The position numbers and the translations under genes are program-made. DNA of 63,992 nt, the filler included, from Craspedostauros australis (lineage: Eukaryota), in assembly GCA_030167865.1 (NCBI GenBank). It is 6 parts of 6 records of this genome, joined end to end, with 100 filler letters (N's around TTAATTAATTAA, not from the genome) between each part and the next. Parts side by side here need not be neighbours in the genome. Positions count along the whole stretch, not along the records: positions 36,397 to 45,926 come from JALAGF010003488.1; positions 46,027 to 60,676 come from JALAGF010003489.1; 4 more parts are not named here. One strand, given 5' to 3'. Under the pieces are notes generated by a model, which saw nothing but the letters and a program-made list of their open reading frames with translations, was not told the origin of the DNA and did no database searches. Of the stretch, positions 42,736-54,181 are shown one piece after another. Numbering within the stretch: position 1 is the first letter of the stretch; each line of letters starts with the position of its first letter.

Positions 42736-45700
42736 CTAGGGCGCGCATGCGAGCGGATTCGGGCTAGCGCAATCCTCGCCCGCATTGTCGATGGTGTATG
42801 TCAGTGCGGTGTCCCCGCCACACACCTCCTCTTGGATGCAATCCTCGCAGGTTTCACCTTTGCTGACATCACAAACTCCCTGTTTGATCACTATGTCATT
42901 GATTGCATCACTGTTTAAGCCAAGAAAGACGCATGAATTCTCTCCTTGGCATGCGCCTTCTTCGATAAGCAAGCTTCCCTGGGTTTTCGGGAATCCGCTG
43001 TGGGTAAACTTGCACGCGTCCATTCCCTCACAGGCATTCTTTCTGATCACAATGCTGGCCACATTTGGCGCTGTAGTAGCGCCTTGGCTTGTACGGACCC
43101 CAGTGTCTGAGCATGCGAAGTCGCCGTCGCATGCTCCTTCTTCGATTCGGATGTTGCCGAAAATATTGCTCCCGAGGTTTTGGCAACTTCCGTTCCGAAG
43201 ACATGCTGCCGGCCCAATCACCCTGAACCCGATGTCGACAGCAGCATTCGGTTGGTCAGGCATGAATTCACCGACGGCAGTGCAGGCGCGGCGGCTTGCA
43301 CAGCTGCTAAGGATGATGATGTCCGGGAATACATATGTGCAAGCCAATTCTCCTTGGCAGGATCCGTCACTCACCGTCATCACGCCGGACGCAGGGTTGG
43401 TCTCGCATTCTCCCGGCTGCGTGCAGCAGTTTCCATTGCATGCTGTCGTCACGATCCCGGCGCTTGCAGTGTATAGCTTCTTGTTGTCCGTCAATGTTTT
43501 CAGGAGAGCCGCCGTCACACTCGCGTCGTTCTTTATCTTGTCGAAGCGTGCCTGCGCCACATCCTGTGCCACGGGTTGCGGGTTTGGATCCGAATCGTCG
43601 CAGGCGAAAATGCTCTTGATCATCCTCCCTCTGTTCTCGGAGAAAGCGTCGACTGCAGCGACGAAGTTTGCACATGTGCCCACAGCGCTGTCGCAGAGGA
43701 GTGGGCCAGAAACCGGGTTGAAGGTCGATGTCACAACTCCAGGATCTGCGAGGCACCCAACGTCCAACGAAGCTGGAGGGAGAGATGGAGCCATGGACTC
43801 GGACGGAGCCTCCGAGTGGATCGCAGATGGTAGATCGGACGGCAGATCTGAGGGCTGATTGGATGGCTGTTCGGACGGAGACTCCGAAGGGATCGCAGAT
43901 GGTAGATCGGACAGCAGATCGGACGGCAGATCTGAGGGCCGATTGGATGGCGGTTCGGACGGAGCCTCCGAGTGGATCGCAGATGGTAGATCGGACGGCA
44001 GATCGGACGGCAGATCTGAGGGATGATTGGATGGCTGTTCGGACGGAGCCTCCGAGGGGATCGCAGATGGTAGATCGGACGGCAGATCTGAGGGCGGATT
44101 GGATGGCCGGTTGGATGGCGGTATGGACGGTAGATCCGATGGCCGATGTGATGGTAGATCAGAGGGTTGGTCTGACCGTAGAATGGATGGAATTTGAGAC
44201 GGAGACTGGGACGGCAATGCAGTTGGGATACTGGACGGCGTGCGGGTCGGAGAAGGCGTCCCTGGTAGCGTTGGGAAAGGAGTTGGGAAGAACGTAGGGC
44301 AATCTGTGGGCAATGTATCCTTGCTGACACAAAATTCATCCACCTTGTCTCCTGTCGGATTGTTGTTGGTGTCTGTGCCTCCCTTTGGACACGCCCCATC
44401 TTCATCGCTGATGAGATACACTTCATCGACCTTGCACTCCGACTTCGTCATGCACCCTCGGCACCCGCTTGCACCGCTGCAGGCACCAGGAGAGATGATA
44501 ATGTCCGTCTCCATCCTGTCGGTGAAACCCAGCTTCTCGCATGAGTCATCACGAGCACAGCCACCGTCACCAATGGTCAGGCTGCCTGCATACTTGCCGC
44601 CGGGATCGCGGTCTACAGTAGAGTGAGCATCCTTGCAGGCGTTGCTGCCGACGCACGCATTCGCCCCGATGTTGATGTGGCTGCGGAAGCGAAAGGATGG
44701 TGCTGATTGCTCCACACGACGGCCAGCTGCATTGCATGCGTCTGATCCGATGCATGCGCCGGTCTGGATGATGACATCACCATGAGAACGACGCCCCACT
44801 CCCTCACAAGATTGAGAGGTGGTGCATGCCATCTCACCGACGAAGGTGACTCCAGTGATGGAGGGGTTGACCTCGTTCTCATTCATGAGCTCGCATGCAC
44901 TTGCGCCAGTGCAGGATGAATCGAGGATGAGGGGGTTGGGGCCCATGTCCTTGCATGCGCTGTCACCGGTGCAGGCAGTGATGGCGATGGTCATGAATGG
45001 AGGAGAGTTCGAGGCGGAACCGGTGACTGAAGAGCATCCAGACGATCCTTGACAGCATGAGTCAGCGATGGCAGGCGATTGCATTGTAGCAACAGCCATA
45101 CAGGCTTCCTTCATTGCGTCTGGTCGTTCAGTGACGAAGATCGTGTTAGTGGCAGCGGTCAACGCCAACTGGCCAGCGAGCATGTCGTCCGATGCGTACT
45201 TGTTGAAGAGTTTGCGTGCAGCACCTTCGCCAAGGTCTCCCGCGCATCCGAAAAAGCTCTGCAGTTGCTTGGACTCCTTGACGGCGGTGACGGCCGCGCG
45301 GCAGGAGGGCTTGTTCGCATCGCATATGATGGTCTTGGCGCTTGCCTCTTGTTGTGTGAGGATGGTGGTACCATCCGGCTTGCAAACGACCTCGATGGTG
45401 GAATCGAAGATGGCTGGGGCAGCCGACGGCTGGGTGGCAGGCCGCATTGAGGGCATCTCAGCTGGAGGCCCCGTTGGCGGTACGGTCACGTCATCTGTCG
45501 GAGACGAGGTGGGAGGATCCGTTGGACTGGTGGTGGTTGGACTAGCAGTCGGCAGCTCAGTTGGCGATGAGCTTACTTCGGACAGCTCTATGTCAGTTGG
45601 ATTCGCTGATGTCTCGCTGTTTCTCTTGTTGCCCTTATTGGTCTTCGCGCCGTCGATATCGTGCTTGAGGAGGCGGGTCTTCTCCAATACGGTGTGGATC

Positions 45701-45807
45701 TCTTCCATTGGATCCACAAGGTTCCTGGTGCCGCGGAGCACAGCATGGGTCGTTGCCATGTTGGCAGTCGCAAAAAACGCCACGAGAGTTGTCTTCGTGA
45801 TGCGCAT
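42736..45807 (-). CDS. Large secreted Cys-rich protein with two xAC-x-G-xx-[A/S]C repeat domains and Pro/Ser/Thr linkers
   Basis: Signal peptide MRITKTTLVAFFATANMATTHA, then LRGTRNL. Many repeats such as TACTGDSAC, GACIGSDAC, NACVGSNAC, GACDGDFAC and GACQGENSC in two homologous halves. Confidence 0.82.
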   Translation of the reverse strand: MRITKTTLVAFFATANMATTHAVLRGTRNLVDPMEEIHTVLEKTRLLKHDIDGAKTNKGNKRNSETSANPTDIELSEVSSSPTELPTASPTTTSPTDPPTSSPTDDVTVPPTGPPAEMPSMRPATQPSAAPAIFDSTIEVVCKPDGTTILTQQEASAKTIICDANKPSCRAAVTAVKESKQLQSFFGCAGDLGEGAARKLFNKYASDDMLAGQLALTAATNTIFVTERPDAMKEACMAVATMQSPAIADSCCQGSSGCSSVTGSASNSPPFMTIAITACTGDSACKDMGPNPLILDSSCTGASACELMNENEVNPSITGVTFVGEMACTTSQSCEGVGRRSHGDVIIQTGACIGSDACNAAGRRVEQSAPSFRFRSHINIGANACVGSNACKDAHSTVDRDPGGKYAGSLTIGDGGCARDDSCEKLGFTDRMETDIIISPGACSGASGCRGCMTKSECKVDEVYLISDEDGACPKGGTDTNNNPTGDKVDEFCVSKDTLPTDCPTFFPTPFPTLPGTPSPTRTPSSIPTALPSQSPSQIPSILRSDQPSDLPSHRPSDLPSIPPSNRPSNPPSDLPSDLPSAIPSEAPSEQPSNHPSDLPSDLPSDLPSAIHSEAPSEPPSNRPSDLPSDLLSDLPSAIPSESPSEQPSNQPSDLPSDLPSAIHSEAPSESMAPSLPPASLDVGCLADPGVVTSTFNPVSGPLLCDSAVGTCANFVAAVDAFSENRGRMIKSIFACDDSDPNPQPVAQDVAQARFDKIKNDASVTAALLKTLTDNKKLYTASAGIVTTACNGNCCTQPGECETNPASGVMTVSDGSCQGELACTYVFPDIIILSSCASRRACTAVGEFMPDQPNAAVDIGFRVIGPAACLRNGSCQNLGSNIFGNIRIEEGACDGDFACSDTGVRTSQGATTAPNVASIVIRKNACEGMDACKFTHSGFPKTQGSLLIEEGACQGENSCVFLGLNSDAINDIVIKQGVCDVSKGETCEDCIQEEVCGGDTALTYTIDNAGEDCASPNPLACAP
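43795..44230 (-). repeat. Coding 12-nt-unit tandem repeat (PSDL/PSAI/PSEA/PSEQ) linker
   Basis: Repeated gatggtagatcggacggcagatc units are visible, giving a PSxx tetrapeptide array. Confidence 0.9.
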
Positions 45808-45926
45808 GTTTGTTGTCGTTGTTGTCGTTGTTGTCGTTGTTGTTGATAGAACAGAATACAATACAGGGTACTTACTTCAAATAGAGACTGATCAGATCCG
45901 ACAATGAAGTATGTAGATGGTTGGTA

Positions 45927-46026
45927 NNNNNNNNNNNNNNNNNNNNNNNNNNNNNNNNNNNNNNNNNNNNTTAATTAATTAANNNNNNNNNNNNNNNNNN
46001 NNNNNNNNNNNNNNNNNNNNNNNNNN
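45927..46026. other. Artificial contig spacer
   Basis: N44-TTAATTAATTAA-N44. Confidence 0.98.
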
Positions 46027-47037
46027 GAAGATTGGCTTGCCAAGGCCGACAGCCGTTGCGCCCAATGCCAACGCCTTCACGACATCAGTTCCACGACGTA
46101 CACCACCGTCCAGCAGGACTGGGACGCGGCCAGCCACCGCTGTAACGACTTCGGGCAACGCATCGATCGACGAGATGCAACCATCCAGCTGACGGCCACC
46201 ATGATTCGACACCATGATACCATCCGCGCCAGCCTCGATTGCCAGCTCGGCATCTTCGGCCGTCATGATGCCCTTGACGACGAGCGGCAGGTTGGGACAG
46301 GCCTTCATCTTCAACCATCTCACGTCGTCCCACGTCACGTCCTGTTCGAACATCTGCTCGATATTCTGATCCCACGCACCCTTGGTCTTGCCATTGTACG
46401 TCTCCTCCAGCTCCGCGGCCGTGTCGTCATAGTTGACCAACCGATGGGGCGGGGGCAGGGCGTTGAAGCCGTTGCGATCGTCGGCCTCACGGTATCCAAA
46501 CCGCAAGGAATCCACGGTCAGGAAGATCCCCTTGTACCCGGCACGCACTGCGCGCTGCACGAGGTGCAGCGTGACTGCCCGATTCTTGAGGATGTAGGCC
46601 TGGTACCATTTCGTGGCGTTCGGTGCCGCCCTCGCCACCTGCTCGATTGTGCGTGTCGAGTGCTGGGACAGACAGAACAGCACGTTGGCATCGTCGCATG
46701 TCGACGCTGTCGTGCATTCCCCACCGACCGGTTCGCAGAGCCCATGGACACCGGCCGGGCTGACAAAGACGGGCATGGACATGGTCTCGCCGAAGAGGGA
46801 GGTTCGCGTGGTTATCCTGCCAATCGGCCTCATCATGCGCGGTCGCAAGAACCAGCGTTTGAACGCCCACCTATTTTCATGCAAGGTCTGCTCATCATCG
46901 GTTCCGGACGCCAGGTACTCGTACCGCGCAACCGGGAGGATGCGCTTGGCGGCCACCTGGAAGTCGTCCACGTTGAGGAGACGATCCACATTGACCGTCG
47001 TGTGGGCGCTGCTTGAGGTACCGCCGTGCGATGGCAT
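46027..47037 (-). CDS. FMN-dependent alpha-hydroxy acid oxidase (glycolate oxidase/HAO family), 3'-truncated
   Basis: Motifs YEYLASGTDDEQTL.EN, LRPRMM, WYQAYI, LTVDS...GYREAD.RNGF, VVKGIMTAEDA, SNHGGRQLD and DGGVRRGTDVVKALALGA. Confidence 0.93.
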
Positions 47038-47544
47038 GTTGTTGGTGGCACTGATCAGAGGTGTGACGATGATGGATGGGGCGACACCAATGTTGGCGAC
47101 GCTCTATGAGCGCGATCGATCCTTGTGGTTTGGCATGATTGCTTGTCAAGTGTGCACACACAGAATGAGTGGCCACGAAACACATCCACCTTGCTCGTAT
47201 TGGAATTGCGCAACTGTGAGCAATCTCATCCTCTGTCATCGGTCATGCTCGTCCGCGCGCACGCGCGATCCACCACACATAAATCGGAATTCGGGTTTCG
47301 GTTTGACACCGACGAAAGAGGGTGTCAGTTGGGATCTTGTGGAGATTCCCCATCAGCGTTGACACCATCCCGGACACGGAAAGTGCCGATGACGTCGACG
47401 GCTGAGCCAAAGCCACGAGCTGCACTTGCACCGTACGACTACAAGCTACCCATCACTTCAGTATACCCACGAGGGAAGAGTAGACCAGATCTACTTTCTA
47501 AACATCTCTATTCCAATACCAGCGGAAGATCTACATCTTGATCA

Positions 47545-49734
47545 TTATCGACGTCTGCTAGAGAGGAATCCGTAGGAAAATGATGGAGTGTGCGACGGCA
47601 CGTATAGTTGTCGCTGCGGGCTCTGTGCCCGTCTTCTTGTTTGCGCTCTTGGTGCCAGAGTCCGTCGAGCGCGCAGTTCTCGTGGTGCTGCCATCGACGT
47701 TCCATCTGTTGGCGGTACCGTTCGTTCGTGCTCTTCCAAGGAAATGCGGCAGATTGGGCATGTGCTACTGATGCTGATCCATTGCTGAATGCACGCAGGA
47801 TGGAATCCGTGCATGCAGGGTAGCATCTGCTTGGCCTCCCCTTCTTTGTATCGTTCCAAGCAGATCATGCACCCGTGACGCTCCAAGTCGTTGTCTTCGT
47901 ACGTGGACCTTGGTTTTGCGGATGCTTCGTCATTCGTTTCATCCTTGGCGGTCAAATTGGAGACAGGCATTTCGAGTTGCTGTTGGTTGATGATCATGAA
48001 ACGGTGCCGCAGCGAGTGCGACAGATTCACGAGTTGGTCCCTCCACAACGAAACGCAAGAGCGAAAGCGATCCCTAAGTCTCACAGCGGTCGCAGTGACA
48101 AGTGTCGGTCGGGAGCTGTTTCCGAACACGAAGAGCCACAAACAGCCGATGTTCAACCCGTAAGCGGCGCCCTCCAGAAGTCCCCAGGTCACTTGAAAGT
48201 CGCTGGCCGTTCCACCATGTGTGCAGACAGCGTGGCTGGCGCCCAGGATGGCACCCGTGGCACTGCAGCACAGCAGGGGCGAATGATGCGTTGCATCCAT
48301 GGCGCGTCTTGAGTTGTGCGGCACGTCCTTGCAGAATTCGAAAGCTCCAAGCGCTAGAATGACGATCATGCCATATCCCATGACGAATGTCAAGACTGAG
48401 ACGAAGACGCCGAGGATGATGAGAACGATGAAGGTGACGCTGAGGATCATGGCGACTGACGCAAAGCCGAGGTCGGTGAGGTACCTTCTCTTGTTGTAGA
48501 TGACTGCTCCTTCCGGTGACGATCGGCTGTTGTGGATTGGCACGATGTTGCCTTGGGCATCATGCGTGATGTACTCGTGGTCGTAATACTTGGGCCCATC
48601 GCCGAACAGGCCATAGTGATTGAAGATGCTTTCGAAGGGATCGAACCAGCTCGTGAAAAATGAACGCCGGCGTTTCGACCTTTGCCGCCTTCTGCCTGTG
48701 CCGTTGCCGTTCTGGCGATTCCTCACACCATTGCCTCGACTTGGATCGCCAATATTGCGATTACTAGCATCGTTGCTATTGTTGCTATTGTTGTTGTTGC
48801 TGCCAGCATTCTGGTTTTCGTCGCTGCTATCGGCGTTTCCGCGGCCGCCATCGTTGGCGGTGTTTCTGTTGCGCAGAATGCCCGACGCGACATGCTGGTG
48901 CGGTCTCCGCAATGTCACCGCATCAGCGCTGGCTGCTGCTTCCGTTGACGATGGAGTCGAGTGTCGCCTTCCTGATGACAAGGACAGCGGGTTGGCCTGG
49001 GAGCTGTTGCTGGGAGATTCAGTCGAGAAAAACGAGTTGGAAGCTCTCCGCAACGTGGTTACAAACGATGATCGACGGCTGTGACGTCGACGTTGTGTGG
49101 TTGAGTGCGCAGGATCACTGGGATCGCCACTCCTTCCGCCATGTGCATCGTAACGAAACTCCAACCCTGAGCTCAAGCCGGACCCATACAGGCGCGTGAT
49201 GTTCCGCCCATCATCGTTGTCGTCGTCGTCGTCGTCGCCATCATCATCGTCACGAAAGAGACTGGCTATCTCAGCCGCGACGAGTTCTTCGATGCGTCTG
49301 TTCTGATGGCGACGGCGGCGATCCTGGTCTTCCCTGTCATTCCTCCCTCTTCGCTTCCGCCGTCGCCCATCGCCGCGGTCATCACTGCCACTGCCGCTGC
49401 CGCTGCTGCGAGATGACATCCAGCGGCGGCCAGTGCCCGGCATGGACAGTCTGCGAAGAGCATACCACCTGTCCTTCGGCACAGGCCCCAGCACGTCGGA
49501 GAATGGCAAGGCGGGCTCATTCTCGCCATGGCCACGACTGCGGCTGCCCCTTCTTTGGCCGTTGCTTGTGTTCGCGTCTCTGCTGGATGCGCCCAGATTT
49601 GGCGAGTCGTGATCTGCCGCGAACAACGACTGTCGGCCTGAGGCGGTTGACCTGCGATGTGCTCGGCGCCGATTGGGGTCACCATTCTCGCCTTGCTGGT
49701 GGCTGCGACTGTGTCTGCGGCGATTCCGAAACAT
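47545..49734 (-). CDS. Membrane-anchored RING-H2 E3 ubiquitin ligase
   Basis: CMICLERY...LPCMHGFHPACIQQWI...TCPICR, preceded by several hydrophobic segments and a long Arg/Ser/Asn-rich disordered N-terminus. The start is uncertain. Confidence 0.85.
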   Translation of the reverse strand: MFRNRRRHSRSHQQGENGDPNRRRAHRRSTASGRQSLFAADHDSPNLGASSRDANTSNGQRRGSRSRGHGENEPALPFSDVLGPVPKDRWYALRRLSMPGTGRRWMSSRSSGSGSGSDDRGDGRRRKRRGRNDREDQDRRRRHQNRRIEELVAAEIASLFRDDDDGDDDDDDNDDGRNITRLYGSGLSSGLEFRYDAHGGRSGDPSDPAHSTTQRRRHSRRSSFVTTLRRASNSFFSTESPSNSSQANPLSLSSGRRHSTPSSTEAAASADAVTLRRPHQHVASGILRNRNTANDGGRGNADSSDENQNAGSNNNNSNNSNDASNRNIGDPSRGNGVRNRQNGNGTGRRRQRSKRRRSFFTSWFDPFESIFNHYGLFGDGPKYYDHEYITHDAQGNIVPIHNSRSSPEGAVIYNKRRYLTDLGFASVAMILSVTFIVLIILGVFVSVLTFVMGYGMIVILALGAFEFCKDVPHNSRRAMDATHHSPLLCCSATGAILGASHAVCTHGGTASDFQVTWGLLEGAAYGLNIGCLWLFVFGNSSRPTLVTATAVRLRDRFRSCVSLWRDQLVNLSHSLRHRFMIINQQQLEMPVSNLTAKDETNDEASAKPRSTYEDNDLERHGCMICLERYKEGEAKQMLPCMHGFHPACIQQWISISSTCPICRISLEEHERTVPPTDGTSMAAPRELRARRTLAPRAQTRRRAQSPQRQLYVPSHTPSFSYGFLSSRRR

Positions 49735-51520
49735 GCTGTTGCGATGGTGGTGCAGGACAGAATAATACAACAGCAGAGGAGAGTGCTTGTGAGTGTTGCA
49801 AGCAAACCTTTTGTCTGATAGATAGCGTAGCGCACATGCACAATAGGTGTTGTATCGCTCTGTGAGCAGAGCTGAGAAGCTCTCTTGGTTGTCCTGAGGC
49901 CTGTCGAAGAAGTGTGAGAATCCGTGATGAGATTTGAGAAGGATTTGGAATGCACAGAACATCACTACCACCACTACCACGAACAACGACCACAACAACG
50001 CCTCTCTGCCTCCAACCAAGCGCGTGGTGGGATTCGCCGCTGACGACATTCGCCGTACCTCCAAATTCAGAATACCTATTCAAATTCCTGCTCTTTCCGG
50101 CACAGCGGAGATTGTTCATTTCGCTGAATTTCCACTTTCAGTATTATCAAAGGCGTATGTCTACGTTGTGTCAACATAGACGGAATCTGGGACTGTGTGA
50201 GTGAGTACGAAGGTGTCATGAATCGGTTTCCCTCCACCTTTCGTATCCCAAGAAGTTCAAGAGTCTTCACACATACTCTTACTCTTACTCTGCTCTTGCT
50301 CTGTCGAAGAGGGAAAGAGATAAACAGAAACAGCAGGGGAGGTGGACGGACGAGCACACGGTACGCAAGAAAACAATAGAGTTGAGAATAGAGTACTCTG
50401 GCTCGTGCTCGCAGAGTATTCAAAACGGCATCGCAATGCAACTGGATGGGCAGTACACGAGCGATGGTAACTCAGGTCTGCTCCAACAGCAGCACCTACA
50501 GCTTCCAACAGACTCTCTAGCGTGGGCTCTTGAGAGTATTGGTGCCCACAACTCGAACTCAAGAATGTTGTAGTGCCCTTAACTGCCGAGCCAGAAATCA
50601 GCAAGTCGGAGTGCCAATGCTGTGACCTCCATCAACAAAGCCCCATTTGCGGCGACGGCCACAGAGTATGGCTCTATACGAACGCAGATGCTTGCCTGCT
50701 CCGCCAAGTCTCTGTCGGGGGCACGAGTTAACGTATCGCTTTCGGGGAGATGGTGCGTGCCGACATTGCGTGCGTTGTGCTAATTTTAAAATCGTGTGCT
50801 GAGCACTCTGCTCGTAAATTCGTGCAGAAGGAACAACCTTGGAATGGTTCAAAAATGGCGCGAGGACGCATGTAACGTCAATAACGTCAAACAAGCTCAA
50901 CAAAGGATACTTTTAACGTATCCACGAGCCAGTCGAGGACAAGGGACAATTTTGAAATGGTCGCGAAGGGGGAAAATGTGAAGACGAGTCAGTCGAGATT
51001 CTCACAACACAGAATAAAGTTGCGTGGAAGCCTGATGTGTGCTTCAATCGAAGAACTGTCGCACGCCACCAACCTTCTCCTCTGTATTCAAACAGCAACA
51101 GTGACCTCTCAGGCTCTCCTTGCGAGCAATACGATGCCAGCTTGGTGGATGCGAGTCCGCCTGAGTCTTCGCTTCTTCATGGTGCAACTTGTGATTTTGC
51201 GACAACGTGCGAGTAATGGCACCAAGTCCACCCAAATGAAAGTCAATGTCGACGCGCATCGATGCAGGTGTGGTATGGGATGCCAGCCTCTTCCTCGTAC
51301 TACTCGCAGCTTCACAGGTGTCTCGTGCGCTCATGCGCTCATGGAGGAAGAGTGCGTGTATCAACCATTCCAAAGTGCTCTTGTTCCGGTGAGTGTCACA
51401 ACACCAACACCAACCTCATGTTCCAAGCCCAACCATCACAACTGCTTCCATCGGTGATCAACAAGTGACGTACGAGAAACAAGAAGCTTGATCGTGGTGG
51501 CAACAGGAACGGTGTTTACC

Positions 51521-54181
51521 ATGGATGTTGGCAATTCGTCTGCACCTCCAACCGCTGATATCAACGGAGAGTGGGGGTCTCAACTGCAACGGGCGGCGCT
51601 CCAACGCCGAGGCAACCTGAAGATCAACAAACTTAAGCAACGGCGCAGAGGAACTCGTCGAAGGGACGGGCCGCTCAGGGATCGGTCCAATGCGTTGCGA
51701 TCGACCACCAGCGTTATCGACGACGAAGACATGACCACATGGCAAGACCCTGTCGACGAGTTCACGGACCGAAACCGGAACGCCGAGATTCTCCAGTGCA
51801 ACGCAGAGCAATCCACGTACTCGAAACAGACCGCAGATATGATGATCGCATCAGCGAAGGAGAACGTACTCAACGAGCAAGTGACATCGCTGAAGATGCA
51901 AGCCAATGCGCGAAGGAAGGCCCGCCGCAAGACGAAAGTCATTATCGAACGCGAAATGGACGACATCGTTTCAACGTTCTCCGTCGTGTCAGTCAACGTG
52001 ACGGCCACTGACTCCCAGAATTCCTGCAGTGACGGCATGAACTTGTCTGCTGATCAGAGCGTCATCACCGCAATGACCAGCGCAACCGCAGCAACAAGCA
52101 AGTCGCATGCCAGCGCTGCAACCAGCGCAACAGATCTGAGCGCAGCCACAGGCGTATCCAACGTGAGCGCAACAACCACACGCACCAGTACGACCAAAGC
52201 CACCAATGCGAGTGATGCAAGTGCGAGCACAAGCGCTAGCTACGCGACAGGCATATCGACCATGACAGGAGTGACAGGCGTCACAGGAATAACGACGATG
52301 ACGACCGCGACGAACGGAACTCGCGGAACGACCGCCACGTACAGAACATACTCAACGAACAGGTCTACAGCAACCAAGAGTACCATGAAGGTGCACCGGC
52401 AAGGCATATTCTCTTGCGCTGACTGGGCTGATTACCGTGATATTTGGGAGGAATCCGAGCTGTGCTGGAACGAAGCCATTGGCGCGCAGTCGATAGACCC
52501 CGTCGTGTGGAAGGTGGATGATGATGATGCGTCAAGTGATGGATCCGTCTATCAATTGCAAAACCGGAAAGGTAAGACTGGTAGAGCATCCGCCGCTAGC
52601 CCGACACGAGAAACGCGCGGCAGATCACGCATCCGACGAACCGAGAGCACCAATGGATCCACGAGGCAAGCATCGTCACACGCTGGCGATGAGGAGTTGT
52701 GCTCATCTGCTGGACCATCAAAGCCATCTCCAGCACGTAGTCGTGATGGTCCTGGACACCGAAAATGCCATTCCACGGGAGGACGAGCGATGGAACCAGT
52801 GAGCTTCGGAAGAAACACCAGCAACATTCGCATCGAAGCGGAGGTGGAGGACGAGATTGGAAACATCGAAATGAATATCGTCTACGTCAGCGACGGCAGC
52901 GAGAGCGATGATGAAAGTCACAGTGACGAGAGGTTGGACCCCGTCACAGATGTGTCAGCAATCAGCAGCGAACATGATCCAGCATTCGATGATGTCATAG
53001 TCAAAGCAGACATCTCCGACCTCATCGAATTGCAGCTCGAGGACGCCCAAACGAAAACAAACACTAGTACTGCGACATCATCAGGACTCAGGCAATCAGT
53101 ACTGGATCGGGATGGTGACCGTTCGCACGCATCCTCATTCAACGATGTCGTTCAGACTTCACGGGAGGAATTGCGACAACAAAATGCATCGTTTCTTCGC
53201 AGCCTTGAAGCGGAGGCGGCCAATTGCGACCACTCCAGTACGGAGTCTCGCACAACAGGAAACATCATCGATCCTGAGATATATCTCGTGCCAAAGAACA
53301 TGGACAACAGCTTCGGCATGCTGAACGATAGCCGAGACAGACCAGAGACTACCGAGCTCATCCATTTGAGTGATGGCGCACAGGAGAAAGAGGATCAAGA
53401 GAAGACGGATGACGTCCACATTAGAACCCAAGACCTGGACAAGGTTGATCGCGACGAAATGCCTTTCGACTGTCACCTGGATCATCCGTCACAAGAAATT
53501 GTTGCCGAAGAGACTACTCGTATCAATGGCAACAAGCACTCGCGCGTGTCTGCCAACATGGCCGAGAGAGATATCGAAGATGGCGTCCAGCTTGAAGGTA
53601 ACGCGAGCTGTGCTCCTGCAGCCTGTGATGATACGAGTGCACGCCCAGATATCAATCGCCTATGTGAGAAGTACACAGATGAGCAAGAACCGGAGCCAGA
53701 CATTGATGAAGCCTGGCTCACATTCAGCGAAAAGAACGAAGACCATGGCGCGCTCAGCAACAACTGCAGCATCGATGACTCCACGACCAAACATCATGTC
53801 TCATCTGCCGAGGTCATGACAGACCCCGTCGTTGCAGCAACCTCAGCAGCGGCGCCAGCACCAATCGAGGAACACACCAACAAGCCATCAATGAATGCGG
53901 TAGAACGAACCAGCACGCTCTCCCAGGCCATGGACTCCCCGACCGAGGGTCCATCCGCACTCAATGCCGTCTCCCATGATCGTGATGAGAACAGCACACC
54001 AAGGAAGCAGGAGAAAGCTCCTGACAACAAGAAACCATCGCAAGACGCGCCTCGGCAAGATCCCAGTCCGAATTCCAGAAATCGTCGTCTCGCCCATCGA
54101 CAAAATCGGAGGAAACGCATTGCAGACTTGAGGCGCCTGCATCGATCTTCAACGTCACAACCGAAGGTGGTGGCGAAGTAG
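51521..54181 (+). CDS. Uncharacterised, largely disordered Ser/Thr/Asp-rich protein
   Basis: Open frame of ~886 codons from ATG 51521. No domain was recognised. Confidence 0.75.
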   Translation: MDVGNSSAPPTADINGEWGSQLQRAALQRRGNLKINKLKQRRRGTRRRDGPLRDRSNALRSTTSVIDDEDMTTWQDPVDEFTDRNRNAEILQCNAEQSTYSKQTADMMIASAKENVLNEQVTSLKMQANARRKARRKTKVIIEREMDDIVSTFSVVSVNVTATDSQNSCSDGMNLSADQSVITAMTSATAATSKSHASAATSATDLSAATGVSNVSATTTRTSTTKATNASDASASTSASYATGISTMTGVTGVTGITTMTTATNGTRGTTATYRTYSTNRSTATKSTMKVHRQGIFSCADWADYRDIWEESELCWNEAIGAQSIDPVVWKVDDDDASSDGSVYQLQNRKGKTGRASAASPTRETRGRSRIRRTESTNGSTRQASSHAGDEELCSSAGPSKPSPARSRDGPGHRKCHSTGGRAMEPVSFGRNTSNIRIEAEVEDEIGNIEMNIVYVSDGSESDDESHSDERLDPVTDVSAISSEHDPAFDDVIVKADISDLIELQLEDAQTKTNTSTATSSGLRQSVLDRDGDRSHASSFNDVVQTSREELRQQNASFLRSLEAEAANCDHSSTESRTTGNIIDPEIYLVPKNMDNSFGMLNDSRDRPETTELIHLSDGAQEKEDQEKTDDVHIRTQDLDKVDRDEMPFDCHLDHPSQEIVAEETTRINGNKHSRVSANMAERDIEDGVQLEGNASCAPAACDDTSARPDINRLCEKYTDEQEPEPDIDEAWLTFSEKNEDHGALSNNCSIDDSTTKHHVSSAEVMTDPVVAATSAAAPAPIEEHTNKPSMNAVERTSTLSQAMDSPTEGPSALNAVSHDRDENSTPRKQEKAPDNKKPSQDAPRQDPSPNSRNRRLAHRQNRRKRIADLRRLHRSSTSQPKVVAK

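Noticed and set aside
46027..47037. Glycolate oxidase as a member of the iota-CA/CCM cluster
   Set aside because: It is four spacers away on another contig, so linkage cannot be inferred.
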